From an uncultured Chloroflexia bacterium (GTDB taxonomy: Bacteria; Chloroflexota; Anaerolineae; JAAYZQ01): a stretch of 64,000 nt of DNA. A model generated the notes under the pieces. That model saw only the letters and a program-made list of their open reading frames with translations, searched no databases and had not been told where the DNA came from. The number at the start of each line of letters is the position of its first letter. The first letter of the stretch is position 1. The stretch spans positions 1,088,001 to 1,152,000 of the forward strand of contig CAVOXA010000010.1 of assembly GCA_963700285.1 (NCBI GenBank). Reading direction: 5' to 3'. Below are positions 1 to 10,752 of the stretch, in pieces. The translations under genes and the position numbers were made by a program.

Positions 1-969
1 ATCTCTGCGGTTTCGCAAAAGTCTTCTACAAACTCTGGCGAGGGAAGTTGAAAGAGTTCGTTGTTGATGCCAATCCGCACGCCGAGCCTTCGCATCTGGG
101 CAAATAGCTCGCGCCAATAGTCGGGAGGGAGGATGGCAGGGTCGAGATTCAGGGAGACCTGGTCGGTACCCGTTTGAGCCAGACGCTGGATGTCCTGAGC
201 CACCTTCTCGGGCGAACGCAGGACGAATCCGTTGCGGCCGGCAAAGATCTGGTGGGATTGGCGCCCTCCTCCACAGAAGGAACAATCGTAGCGACATCCC
301 CGCCCGATGCAGAGCCAGTGGCCGCGCGGATCGGGCAGGGACTGGGTCAGGCCGGTGGGTTCGAACTGGAGCCGGCCATACCAAGGGGCGTGTTCCAGGA
401 AACCGAGGTCGACAAAGTTCAGGCCAGTCCAGGTCATCGGGGGTGGCACAGTAGGTGCGTTGGTTTTCCAGGACCTGGCCGCCGGAGCGGTAGGTCAGGT
501 TGGGAATGGAAGAGAGGTGGGTGGCGGTGCCGGCGCACAGGCGTTTTGCCAGCGCCAGCAGGGGCTGCTCGGCATCGCCGCGGATGACAAGGTCGACTTC
601 TGGAAAAGCGCGCAGGATCTCAGCGGCAAAGAGCGAGGCGGTGATGCCCCCCAGCGCGACTTGGGCTCCGGGCAGAACCTGTTTGCAGGCGCGGGCGACA
701 CGGATGGCGCCGTAGGAATGCATGTACCAGTGCAGGTCCACCAGTACCAGCTTGACATCGCTCTGCGCCGCGAGCCAGGGACGCAGCCGGAAGTCCCGGT
801 TGCGCATCAGCTCTGCCGGGTAGTTGACGCCGCGGACGGTCAGCCCCTCTCGTCGCAACAGATTGAGCAAAGCGATGACGCCTACCGGTATGAAAAAGTA
901 GTAGCCCAGGTCTTCAAAGCCGGAATCGACGTCGTGTTTGGCGGGATGGATGTACAGCACATCGGGCAC
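1..969 (-). CDS. B12-binding domain radical SAM protein (3' end outside window; one apparent frameshift near 420)
   Basis: Manual translation from GTG at 969 (RBS GAGGAG): VPDVLYIHPAK...VDLHWYMHSYG...GGITAS...VIRGDAEQPL (B12-binding domain). After a frame change: IGRGCRYDCSFCGG (CxxxCxxC at about 273-296). Not in the ORF track. Confidence 0.85.
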   Translation of the reverse strand, partial: MPDVLYIHPAKHDVDSGFEDLGYYFFIPVGVIALLNLLRREGLTVRGVNYPAELMRNRDFRLRPWLAAQSDVKLVLVDLHWYMHSYGAIRVARACKQVLPGAQVALGGITASLFAAEILRAFPEVDLVIRGDAEQPLLALAKRLCAGTATHLSSIPNLTYRSGGQVLENQRTYCATPDDLDWPELCRPRFPGTRPLVWPAPVRTHRPDPVPARSARPLALHRAGMSLRLFLLWRRAPIPPDLCRPQRIRPAFAREGGSGHPASGSNGYRPGLPESRPCHPPSRLLARAICPDAKARRADWHQQRTLSTSLARVCRRLLRNRRD

Positions 970-999
970 GGTGGCATCTCCTCTTATTCAGCCACCAGA

Positions 1000-2648
1000 C
1001 TACAGTTGCTTTCGCTTGGCAGGCTTGGGCAGGGGGGCCTGCTCCGGCTCGCCGTGAAGGACCAGTACGTCGACGGTGAGGGCCAGCCCGGCCGTGCTGA
1101 GGGCGCCATGGACGACCGCCTTTAGCACCGCGGTCGCGTCGTAGATGCCTGCCTGGGCCACGTCCACGACCCTGCCCGAGACGGCGTCAAAGCCATGTAC
1201 AGGGCCGGCCAAGCGGACCTGGGCCATCACATCGCTGTCGTCGTAGCCGGCGTTGGAGACGATGGCGCGGAAGGGCTCTTCCATGGCCTTGATGAGCATG
1301 CGATAGGCGGCGCGCTCGTCGGCGCCGGCGCTCTGGGTCAGCTTTTCACGGAGCGCCGGAAGGCAGGACAGGAAGCGCTGTGCCGCCGCCGGGCAATACC
1401 CCTTCCTTCATGGCCAGCCGCAGGGTGGTGGCCGCGCGTTTGGCGGTTTGTGTCCTGGCCTTGACCTCCATCTCGGTTGCGCCGCCAATCCACAGGGTGG
1501 CGGTGCCGCCCATGAGTTTGCCGATGCGCTGTTGCAGGGCCTCTCGATCCTGGACCGTGGCGGTATGGTCGTAGGCGCGGCGCAGGCTGCCGATGTGCTG
1601 GCGCAGGGCGCGGGGATCGCCTTTGCCGCCGATGATGCCAAATTGCTTGTAGTGGGCCCAGACACGGCGGGCGCGGCCCAGATCCTGGGCCTCGATGCGC
1701 TCCAGGGTGTCGCCGGCGACCTTGGATGAAGGGGCGGCCGCCGGTCAGGATGGCAAGGTCCTGCAGGGCGCCGGCCCGCTGCTCCTTGACCGAGCCGGGC
1801 GTGCTTACGGCGACGGCCTGGAATCTGTCGGGGTCCTTGTTGGCCAGCAGGAAGTGGATGGCGCTCGGAGATACCTTTTGGGCGACGATGAGCAGGGCGG
1901 GGATCTCGGCGCGGATGGCCAGCTCGAGGGCGGGATAGAGCTGGCTCGGTTCCTCGATCTCCAGGTCGCTGATCAGGATGGCGGCATCCTCAAATTCGAT
2001 CCGGGGCTTGCTGTGGTCGGTGTACATCTCCCGGGAAAGCAGGCCGCGTTCCCAGTACATGCCTTCCACGTATTCGCGTTCCACCTGCCGGGTCTGGCCC
2101 TCGCGGATCTCCAGCCGGCCCCATTCACCGACGACGTCAAAGACCTCGCCCATGTACCTGGCCAGCGGCGGGTCGTAGGAAAGGGATTCGGCTATCTGCG
2201 CCAGTTGTTCACTGGCCCTGGACCTGTACGGTAGGAGTCGTCAATTGCTGCAAGGATGAGGCGCATGCCCTGTTCCAGGTAGGATTTTAGCTGCATCGCG
2301 TTGCCACCGGCGGTCAGGTAGCGGACACCCTCGTTGTAGATGCGCTGCAGGATGACGGCCGCGGTCGCGGTCCCGTCTCCGACCTGCTGTTGCAGGCGCC
2401 AGAGGAGGTCTCGAACCAACATGGCGCCGATGTCGGCGTCGGGGTCCTGCAGCTGGATGATGTGGCGGGCAATGGTCTCCGCCATCGTCGAATGCCTGTG
2501 GCGTCTTGTTGTGGTAATCGACGTTGGCTATGGCCACCAGGCGCGGACGCGGTCCCAGGGTGGGCCGGACGGCGTTGGCCAGTACGTTGACACCGCGCTG
2601 GATACCACGGTGGGTGGCCGGTTGAAAGACGACGCTGCGTCTTGGCAT
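1000..2648 (-). CDS. Divergent chaperonin-60 (GroEL-like) paralogue, split by several frameshifts
   Basis: Fragments PTLGPRPR, VGDGTATA, VEGMYWERGLLS, LQDLAILTGG, DREALQQRIGKLMGG, EGVLPGGG, IYDATAVLK are colinear with GroEL. No GGM tail. Confidence 0.88.
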
Positions 2649-2652
2649 GGCG

Positions 2653-3758
2653 CTATCCCTTTACGGCGCCCGACCATCACGCCTTCGACAAAGAAGCGCC
2701 GGAAGAGCAGGTAGACGAGGACGATAGGGATCACGGAGGCAACGATGGCCGAGTAGATGACCTGAAAGTTGGTCGAGAACTGGCCCACGGCGCTCTGGGT
2801 GAAGGGCAGCAAGGTGCTGTTCTTGGGATCCAGATAGACGTAGGGCTCCAGAAACTGGTTGTAGATCAAGGGCAGCATGATCACGATGAGGCTGACGATG
2901 GGCACCTTGAGGAGGGGGATGAGGATGTGGCGGATGTACTGCCAACTGCTGGCGCCGTCGATCATGGCCGAGTCCTCGATCTCTTTCGGGATGGCGGCGA
3001 TGGCTGCGGTAAAGATCATGACGGACAGGGCGGTGCCCTTGATGTTGATCAGGACGATGGAAAAGAGCTGGAGCGCGGTGCGCACAACGCCCTCGTCGGC
3101 GTAGGCGGGAATCAGTTTGTAGAACCACTGGATCATCATGTACTGGGGCAGGAGGATGAGCATGGCCGGGATCACCATCTGCAGCAGGTAGGTGTTGTAG
3201 ACGACCATCTGGTAGCTGCGCCTCAAGCCCGCCAGCCCGTAGCCGGTGAGAATGGATAAAAAGATCAACAGGGTCAGGCTGACGACGGTGACGATCAGCG
3301 TCCGCAGCAGCGCGCCCCAGAAGCTGGTGCCATATAGCTGCCCGGTCAGCAGGGTTTTCCAGCCATTGTAGGTGTAGAACCCGGCAAAAAAGTCCTTGAT
3401 CTCTTGTTCGGGGACGTCGTATTGCTCGGCGATCTGGCGCAACGTGGTGCGGGCCATCATGAACTCGGTCTGGGGGATGCCCAGGGCGTCCTTCAAAACC
3501 CGCAGGTCCAGATCGTAGAACACGCTCAGGTTGCCAACCTGGGCGTCCATGCTGACCTCTTCGGTCTCGGGCAGCCAGAGATGCAGATCGGCCGATTCTT
3601 TGGTGGGCACAAAGCTGCGGATAAAGAGCGCGTAGAAGGGAAAGAGGGTGACGGCCGTATAGATCACCATCACCACGATGGCGAATATCTTGAGAAGCCG
3701 CCGCCGCCTACTGACGGTGAAGCCTGCTCTTGCTGCCAGTTGTGGTCATGGGTGCCAT
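2653..3758 (-). CDS. Carbohydrate ABC transporter permease (MalG-like), frameshifts near both ends
   Basis: EAA-type loop IPKEIEDSAMIDGAS, multiple TM helices, C-terminal RRFFVEGVM. ATG at 3758 follows AGGAGG. Confidence 0.9.
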
Positions 3759-3765
3759 CCTCCTT

Positions 3766-4657
3766 CTAGTATTGCAGCCGGCGCTGCAGGCGCTGCAGGG
3801 CCACGCCGACCAGGACCAGGGGCAGGAAGGTGATCACGGCCAGGGTCATGCCCATGCCCAGCCTCTCGACCTGGAAGCCGTAGGTGAAGAACAGGACGCT
3901 GAGCAGCTTGGCTTCGGGGTTGACGTACAGGGCGCCCATGGCCACCAGCTCGTCAAAGACGGCAAAGGAGCCGATGAGGCACATGGTGGTGGCCAGGATG
4001 AAGGATGGGATCATCTGCGGGAAAGTAGATCTTCCACAGCCGCTGCCAGTAGGTGGCGCCATCGACGATGGAGGCCTCGATGGTCTCCTTGGGGATGGCC
4101 AGCAGGCCGGCCAGAAAGATGGCCATGTTGTAGCCGGCGTAGCGCCAGCCGACCAGCAGGGGTAAGATGAAGGCTGTACCCTCGGCCGAAAAGATGTCTA
4201 TCGGCTCTTTGAGCAGCCCCAGTTCCATCAACAGCAGGTTGGCCGTGCCGGTTTCGCGGGAGAAGAGCATGACGGCCATGTAGCCAACGGCCAGGCCGGA
4301 GACCATCAATGGCAGGTAGACGACGGTAAAGAACCCACCCTGGAAGCCGACTTCGTACAGCAGCAGCGCCAGGCTCAGGCCAAAGATATAGACGGTCGTA
4401 TAGTTCAGCACCACAAAGACGAGCGTGCGCCGCAGGGCCGGCAGATAGTCGGCCTGGACGCCGGAGTCGGTAAAGAGTGCCGTAAAGTTGCGCAGACCCA
4501 CCGGGTTGATCTGCGGGTCGTTGAACTGGGAGATGTCGGTGAACAGGAAGGGGATGGCCACAAAGAAGGGGATGATCGTCAGCGTGACGAATAGGATGAA
4601 CTGCGGCGCGATGAAGGCCAAGTCCCGCCGGATGCGCCGGCGCTCCATCTTGCTCAT
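3766..4657 (-). CDS. Carbohydrate ABC transporter permease (MalF-like), one frameshift near 4020
   Basis: AFIAPQFIL, GLRNF, FLAGLLAIPKETIEASIVDGATYWQRLWKI; continues in the 3766..4062 frame. Confidence 0.9.
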
Positions 4658-4869
4658 CTTTTTCTTTTTTCCTCTTGGCCGGCATCGTCGCCAGCGGCCT
4701 GTACGGGTGCAGCTTGCATAGTCCTATCCCTCCGAAAAGAGAAACTCCGGGCGGCCCATCGCCAGTCGAGCCTGTCCTGTTCTCAGACAGGCCGCGGCAA
4801 TGAGCCGCCCGTACCCGTCAGGGCAGCCACGTTGGCTACCCTTGTGGATGGCAGCGAAAGCTTGCTGCG

Positions 4870-6360
4870 CTAGGCCGGGATGTCGTAGCTCTCCTCCCAG
4901 TTCGCCTGGGCCTTGTCCAGAGCCTCCTGGACCGTGATCTTGCCCTGCAACAGGTCGGCCATGATCTCGTTGTTGCCGTTGGACTCCCAGTCCCAGACAC
5001 CCTTGGATCCCTTCATGCGGTAGGGGCTGGCTGCCAGGTTGCCGGTCATGCCCTGCTCCCATTTGGCATCGGCCCACTTGCCGCCCTCGGTGCCGATTTC
5101 TTTCAGGACCTTCTGGTATTGCGGTCCCTGCAGGTCCAGCGGCTCGTCGAGGTCGTACAGCGGCCAGCGGCCTTCGGCCTGTGCCTTCATGGGAACTGCT
5201 TCGGGGCTCCAGAACCAGTTCCAGGCAGCCTGGGTCTGCGCCCAGTGGGCCGTGTCCTCGTTGCCGGCGCGGATGAACCACTGGTTGTCGATGTTCGGCG
5301 GCATGGCGCCCTGGATCCAGGTGCCTTGGCCGTCGGCCGGCGGCGTCGCGGGCAGGCCTTCCTGCATGCCGTTCACTGCAAACTCGGAGCCGGCGGCCAG
5401 CGCCTTGTCCCAGACCCACGGGCCGTGGAGCATCATCACCGACTTGCCGGCGATGTAGGCTGGCCTCCATGTCGCCCTCCCACTGGCGGGTCCACATGCT
5501 GGGCGGCATCCAGCCTTCGTCGTTGGCCTTGAGGAAGAACTCGTAGTAGTGGCGGTAGGGCGAGTCTTCGGCGTTGAACTTGGCCTTGCCCAGGTAGCAG
5601 TCAACCTGCCGGTCGCGCTGTCCATCGGCATAGGCCAGCGGCATCAGGTCGCCATAGCCGTTGCCAAAGACCCAGTTGTGCCAGGCCTGGTTGTAGAACC
5701 AGTCCACGCCGTCGGTCTTGGCGGCCCAGGCCGCGCCCTCGGCCAGCCACTTCTCCAGGTCGGCCCAGGTCTTGACGTCGTTGTGCGGATCGAGCCCGGA
5801 TTGCTCCATCAGCTCGCTGTTGTACTGCCAGGTGATCACATAGCCCTGGAAGACGTCCAGCGAGCGCGGGCCGGGCAGACCGTGCAGGTCCGACCACTGA
5901 TTCTTGACGTCGAACTGCCAGCGATCCCACCAGGGAAAGTCCAGCTCGCCCAGGTTGACGGCCATCTCATAGTTGTTCTTGTCAAAGAAGATCTGCATCT
6001 CCTGGGTCAGCTCGATGGCCGGCAGGTAGCCGCCTGCCACCTTGGCCTCGTGGGCCGCCGCCGTGTCCTCGTTGATGGAGAAGACACTGACCTCGCTGTC
6101 CTCGCTGGAGGCGTTGAACACGTTCCAGATCTCCTGGTACGGCGCCTCGTACTCGGCCAGCGACATGACATCCAGCGTCACCTTTTCGGCCGCCGCCGGC
6201 GGCGACGGTCGGTGCCGGCGCTTGCGGTTGCAGCGGCGGCTGGTGCTTTGGTTGGCTCTGCGGGTGCTTCGGTCGCCCCGCAGGCCGCCAGCGTCACGCC
6301 TGCCGCGGTCATGGCGCTGACGCGCAAAAAGTCGCGCCGACTCAGTTTGTTTTCTTCCAT
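4870..6360 (-). CDS. Sugar ABC transporter substrate-binding lipoprotein with Tat signal (frameshifts near 6200 and 5460)
   Basis: MEENKLSRRDFLR...TLAAC (twin-Arg plus lipobox), Ala/Pro linker, AGKSVMMLHGPW, C-terminal GKITVQEALDKAQ. RBS GAGGAGG. Confidence 0.88.
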
Positions 6361-6471
6361 TTTTTCCTCCTCGTTCTTTTCTGTACGTCTGCGTACGGAC
6401 AACATATTGCTACTGTATCTGAATCGTGTCACCTCCTTCCTGCCGCCGATAATGCACTGAGCACCTCCTTA

Positions 6472-8215
6472 TCAGCGTGATGGTCGCACCTGAACGTGGG
6501 CTGCATTCGCGACTGATGTCGTCTGGATGATTCGAGCACGCATCGTCTCGCTTCTCGCCGTGAGCGCTGCTGGGTCTGAGCACTGCCGTGAACACGGTGC
6601 TGGGCAGTTTCGGCGCTGCCATGAACGCGGTCGTGGTAGACGGCAGCTCGTGTGACGGCGATCAGGCTCGTCTCTCAGGCGCGCCAGCGCCCGGAAATCC
6701 CCTTTCACGTGCTCATAGATCTGCTTGTAGAGCGCAAAGTACTCCATGTATCGGTCGTGGTTATCCTGGTTGGGCTCCATGCGGTCGATGTACTCGACCC
6801 ACTCTTTGGCCACCGAAAAGTCCTTCAGCACGCCGGTGACCACCCCGGCCAGGATGGCATCGCCAAAGGGGGCGCCCGTTCTGCGCTTGACGAGCACCGT
6901 CGGTGCGTTGAACACGTCGGTGATGATCTGGCGCCAGAGCTTGCTCACCGCGCCGCCCTCGTTGAGCACGATGGGATGGTTGATCTTGAGGCCGGCTTGC
7001 TTGATCAGCCGGTAGGAGTCGTACAGCGCATAGGCCACCGCTTCCATCATGGCCCGCACCACGTGTCCCTTGGTGTGGGTCAGCGACAGGCCAAAGATCA
7101 CGCCCCTGGCCCGCGTATCCCAGATCGGGGTGCGCTCGCCCATCAGGAAGGGCAGGATGATCAGGCCCTCGCTGCCGACCGGGACCTTGGCGGCCTGCAG
7201 ATTGAGCAGGTCGTAGGCGCTGACCCCCAGCGCCCGCTCTGTCTCTACCTCGAGCTGCGAAAAGTTGTCGCGCAGGTAGCGCAGCGACTGCCCGCCCGTC
7301 ATCGTCGAGGGGATGGTCATATAGTTGTTCTTGGAATCGATGGTGAACCCGAGGTTGATCATCGACAGGCCTTCGGGCGAGAACATGAAATCCGGATCGG
7401 TAAAGATCACGCCAAAGTTGCCGACGGTGCCCAGGTTGCTCATGATGTCGCCCGGTTCGGTGACGCCGGCGGCGATGCAACTGGCGTTAAAGTCCACCTG
7501 GGTGACCACCGGAATGCCCGGCGCCAGGCCGGTCTCGGCTGCCGCCTCGGGCGTCACTTCGCCGGCGATCTCCTCGCAGTCGACCAGGTCGGGCAGGATG
7601 GCCGGGTCGATGCCGATCTCTTGCAGGATCCCTTCGTCGAAGCGCCGCCCCAGGATGTCGTAGGCCACGCCGTAAAAGGGCGCCGCGGGATAGTTGACCA
7701 CGGATCTGCCGGTTAGCTTGAGCGTGACAAAGCCGTCGATGGTCAGCGCTTTGTGGATCCGCTCGAAGGAATCGGGCCGGTTGTTCTTTTCCCACAGCAG
7801 GTTGACAATCGACGGGTGATCCTCCAGCCGGTTCGCCGTGAGCTGCATCAGCCGCTCTTCCCCGACCTCTTCTTTGAGCCAGTCGACCTCTTTCGTCGCC
7901 CGCCGGTCCATCAGGTTGTAGGCGCGGTGGATGGGGCTGGTCCTGCTCATCGACCATGACCATCGAGGGCAGGGCCGAAGAGACGCCGATGCCCCGGATC
8001 TCGGCCGGGTTCACGCGCGATTCGGCCAGGCAGCTCTGGATCAGCCGGCAGGCGACTTCCCAGTAGCCCATGGCGTCATGTTCCGACCAGCCGGGCTTGT
8101 CGTGGAAGAAGGGGTACTCCTCAAAGGCAAAGCCCAGGACGTCGCCCTCGGGATTGATGATGCAGGCCTTGGCCCCGCCGGTTCCATAGTCGAGACCCAG
8201 CAAGTAGTCTGCCAT
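6472..8215 (-). CDS. FGGY-family carbohydrate kinase (xylulokinase-like), frameshift near 7945; family-like sequence ends about 6670
   Basis: [61 protein letters not shown]. Confidence 0.9.
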
Positions 8216-8224
8216 ATTCTGTCC

Positions 8225-8863
8225 CTACCCTCCCATCAGTTTCTTTGCCACCTCGGCGGCCGAGCCCGAGTCGGGGGCATAGCCGTCGGCGCCGATGGCG
8301 TCGGCATAGGCCTGGGTGACCGGCGCGCCGCCAACCATGATCTTGACCTGGCCGCGCAGGCCGGCTTCCTGGAAGGCATCCACTGTGTCTTTCATCTCGA
8401 CCATCGTCGTCGTGAGCAGGGCCGACATCCCGACCAGGTTCGCGCCGTGCTGCTGCACGGCTTCCACAAACTGGCCGGCCGAGACATCGGTACCCAGGTC
8501 AACCACGTCAAAGTTGGCGCCCTGGAGCATCATTCCCACCAGATTCTTGCCAATGTCATGCAGGTCGCCGGCTACTGTGCCGATCACAGCGGTCCCGGCC
8601 GGAACAGCTCCCGCCTCGGCCAGCAGGGGCTTTAGGACGTTCAAGGCCATCTGCATGGTGCGGGCCGCGATAAGCACGTCGGGAATATAGTACTCCCCCT
8701 CCTTCATGCGGCGCCCCACTTCATCCATGCCAGGCATCAGGGCGTTCTGCAGTATGTCGCCTGCAGTGTGGCCACCTTCCAGGGCCTGGGTTGTCATTCC
8801 CTTGATAGGAGGACCGGCTCCTTCGATGAGCGTCTGCTGTATCTCTGCCAGTATGTCGGCCAT
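8225..8863 (-). CDS. Corrinoid (cobalamin-binding) methyltransferase protein, MtaC/MetH-cap-like
   Basis: GDLHDIGKNLV (DxHxxG), VGMSALLTTT, KIMVGGAP, N-terminal helical cap LMPGMDEVG. Confidence 0.95.
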   Translation of the reverse strand: MADILAEIQQTLIEGAGPPIKGMTTQALEGGHTAGDILQNALMPGMDEVGRRMKEGEYYIPDVLIAARTMQMALNVLKPLLAEAGAVPAGTAVIGTVAGDLHDIGKNLVGMMLQGANFDVVDLGTDVSAGQFVEAVQQHGANLVGMSALLTTTMVEMKDTVDAFQEAGLRGQVKIMVGGAPVTQAYADAIGADGYAPDSGSAAEVAKKLMGG

Positions 8864-8935
8864 GCTGCCGTGTTCTCCCTTTCCGGGCAAGGGCCCGAGT
8901 CAGTCTCACTCCAAGACCTGTCAGGCCTGGTCTTG

Positions 8936-10078
8936 CTATCCGATGGGATAGTCGCGATTCTCCAGGGCGGTCTCAAAGGTCTTGTGGAAGCGGTCCGGTG
9001 TCACGTCTGCCTGCACATTGTGCGAGGGAAAGAACACATAGCCGCCGCCGGGCGCCATGATGTCGATGGTGCGCTTGACGTCCTCTTCGATCTCGTCCAG
9101 GCTGGCAAAGGGCAAGACTTGCTGGATGTCGATGCCGCCGCCCCAGAAGCAAAGATCCTCCCCAAACTGCTGCTTCATCTTGGCGATATCCATATTGGCC
9201 GCGCTGCGCTGGATGGGATTCAGGATGTCGACGCCAATGTCGATGAAATCGCCGATGACGTCAAAGACAGCGCCACAGGAATGGTAAAAGACCTTGGCGT
9301 CTGTCCTGGAATGGATAAAGTCAAAGATGCGCTTCTGCCGGGGCTTGACGAACTTGCGGTACATGGCCGGTGAGATGTAGAGGTTGGTCTGCATGCCCAC
9401 GTCGTCGCCCTGGCACACGACCTGGACATGGTCGCCGACGGCGTCGAGAAAGCTGTCCCACAGCTCGATATCGGTGTCGGTGATTTTGTCCAGCAGGGCC
9501 TCGGCGAACTTGGGGTCCCAGGCCAGATCCACGCAAAACTGCTCATATCCCCTCAGTACGCAGCCGCCCTCAAAGGGCCCCAGGGCCATGATGTCAGCGA
9601 TGATGGCATAGTCCGTGTTTTCGTACAGCGCTTTGGCCTCTTCCTTGAGCCCTGCCACCCGCCCTGGGTCGTAGGGGTCGGGCCAAACGGCTTTGTCCAG
9701 GTCAGCCACCGTCTCGCAGCCCGCCAGGGGACGCTCGACGACGTCATAGTAGTAGGACGCTTTCTTCCAGCGGATGTCGAACTCGTCGTAGAAACTGTCG
9801 TCGGGCATTTCCCGGGGCTCAAATTCCCAGGGGCCCTTCATGGCCACGGTGCGAAAGTCGACCTCGTAGCGTTGAAGAAAATCCTCCGCGGGGTAGACGG
9901 TGTCCATCTGGCGGTGTGATGTCCTGGGCGCCGGGTCCAGCCCCATGCCCAAGTATTCACGGACGTTCTGATAGGCGATGCGGGTGGGCGCGGTGACAAT
10001 AGTCGCCCCACAGTCCATGGGCATCTTGTCGGGCTCGGTATGGTTGAGTGCCGCCATTACCCTCTCGCGGGAATTCAT
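8936..10078 (-). CDS. URO-D/MtaA-CmuA family methyltransferase-like protein
   Basis: MNSRERV...EPD start, GDDVGMQ, ISPAMYRKFVKP, FYHSCG (HxC Zn motif), GGGYVFFPSHNVQ. Lacks the HemE MRQAGR signature; adjacent to the corrinoid protein. Confidence 0.88.
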   Translation of the reverse strand: MNSRERVMAALNHTEPDKMPMDCGATIVTAPTRIAYQNVREYLGMGLDPAPRTSHRQMDTVYPAEDFLQRYEVDFRTVAMKGPWEFEPREMPDDSFYDEFDIRWKKASYYYDVVERPLAGCETVADLDKAVWPDPYDPGRVAGLKEEAKALYENTDYAIIADIMALGPFEGGCVLRGYEQFCVDLAWDPKFAEALLDKITDTDIELWDSFLDAVGDHVQVVCQGDDVGMQTNLYISPAMYRKFVKPRQKRIFDFIHSRTDAKVFYHSCGAVFDVIGDFIDIGVDILNPIQRSAANMDIAKMKQQFGEDLCFWGGGIDIQQVLPFASLDEIEEDVKRTIDIMAPGGGYVFFPSHNVQADVTPDRFHKTFETALENRDYPIG

Positions 10079-10116
10079 CGAGTTGTCTCCCTCCTCATCG
10101 AACGGTCTGGTGGCCC

Positions 10117-10734
10117 TCAGGCCTTCTCTGTTTCTTCCTCAAGCCGCTTGCCCACCGCCCCGCCGGGATGGGTCTGGCCAAAGGCTTCCCTGGTGTAGCC
10201 CCGCTGCTCCAGCAGCAGGACGCACAGGACGTCGCCCGCAGCCCCGTTCACCAGGGAGCTGCCGGTGGCGACCATGCCATAGGGGTCTACATCCTCCGGC
10301 GCTCGCACGGTGAACACGGCGTCACACATCTCGGCCAGCGGTGATTTTGGATTCTCTGTCTGCGCGATCAGCCTGGCGCCCCGGGCACGGGCGATCTCGG
10401 CAAACTGGTTGATCTCGGCGCTGTGGCCGCCCTTGGAGATGAGATAGACCACGTCGTCGGGTGTGACGGCCCCAGAGCCACCATGCAGCCCATCGGAGGC
10501 GTTGATGAACAAGGAGGGTGTTCCGCTGCAGGACAGCAGATGGGCCAGGCGCTGGGCGATGGCCCGTGAGGTGCCGGCCCCGGTCACCAGCACATGTCCC
10601 TGGCAGTTGAGCAACAGGGCAACAACATCCGCCAGACTGTCGTCGAACTGTGCGGCCAATGCACGGACCGCCTCGGCCTCACGCTGGACGATCCTTTTTG
10701 CCCGGGTAATCATGTCTATCTTTGACTCTGTCAC
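10117..10734 (-). CDS. SIS-domain sugar-phosphate isomerase, KpsF/GutQ-like without CBS domains
   Basis: VLVTGAGTS, GTPSLFI..DGLHG, ISKGGHSAE; ends FGQTHPGGAVGKRL. GTG start. Confidence 0.85.
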   Translation of the reverse strand: MTESKIDMITRAKRIVQREAEAVRALAAQFDDSLADVVALLLNCQGHVLVTGAGTSRAIAQRLAHLLSCSGTPSLFINASDGLHGGSGAVTPDDVVYLISKGGHSAEINQFAEIARARGARLIAQTENPKSPLAEMCDAVFTVRAPEDVDPYGMVATGSSLVNGAAGDVLCVLLLEQRGYTREAFGQTHPGGAVGKRLEEETEKA

Positions 10735-10752
10735 GTTCCTCGTTCGCCCTGT

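Noticed and set aside
1000-2648. Housekeeping groEL
   Set aside because: There is no groES, no CIRCE-like element, no GGM tail, the motifs are divergent, and it is embedded in a transport operon.
400-8000. Programmed frameshifting or selenocysteine/pyrrolysine recoding in the broken genes
   Set aside because: The breaks are frame changes at scattered positions without consistent slippery sites, not in-frame TGA/TAG codons at catalytic positions.
8936-10078. hemE (true uroporphyrinogen decarboxylase)
   Set aside because: It lacks the MRQAGR signature, has an HxC zinc motif, sits beside a corrinoid protein, and no heme genes are nearby.
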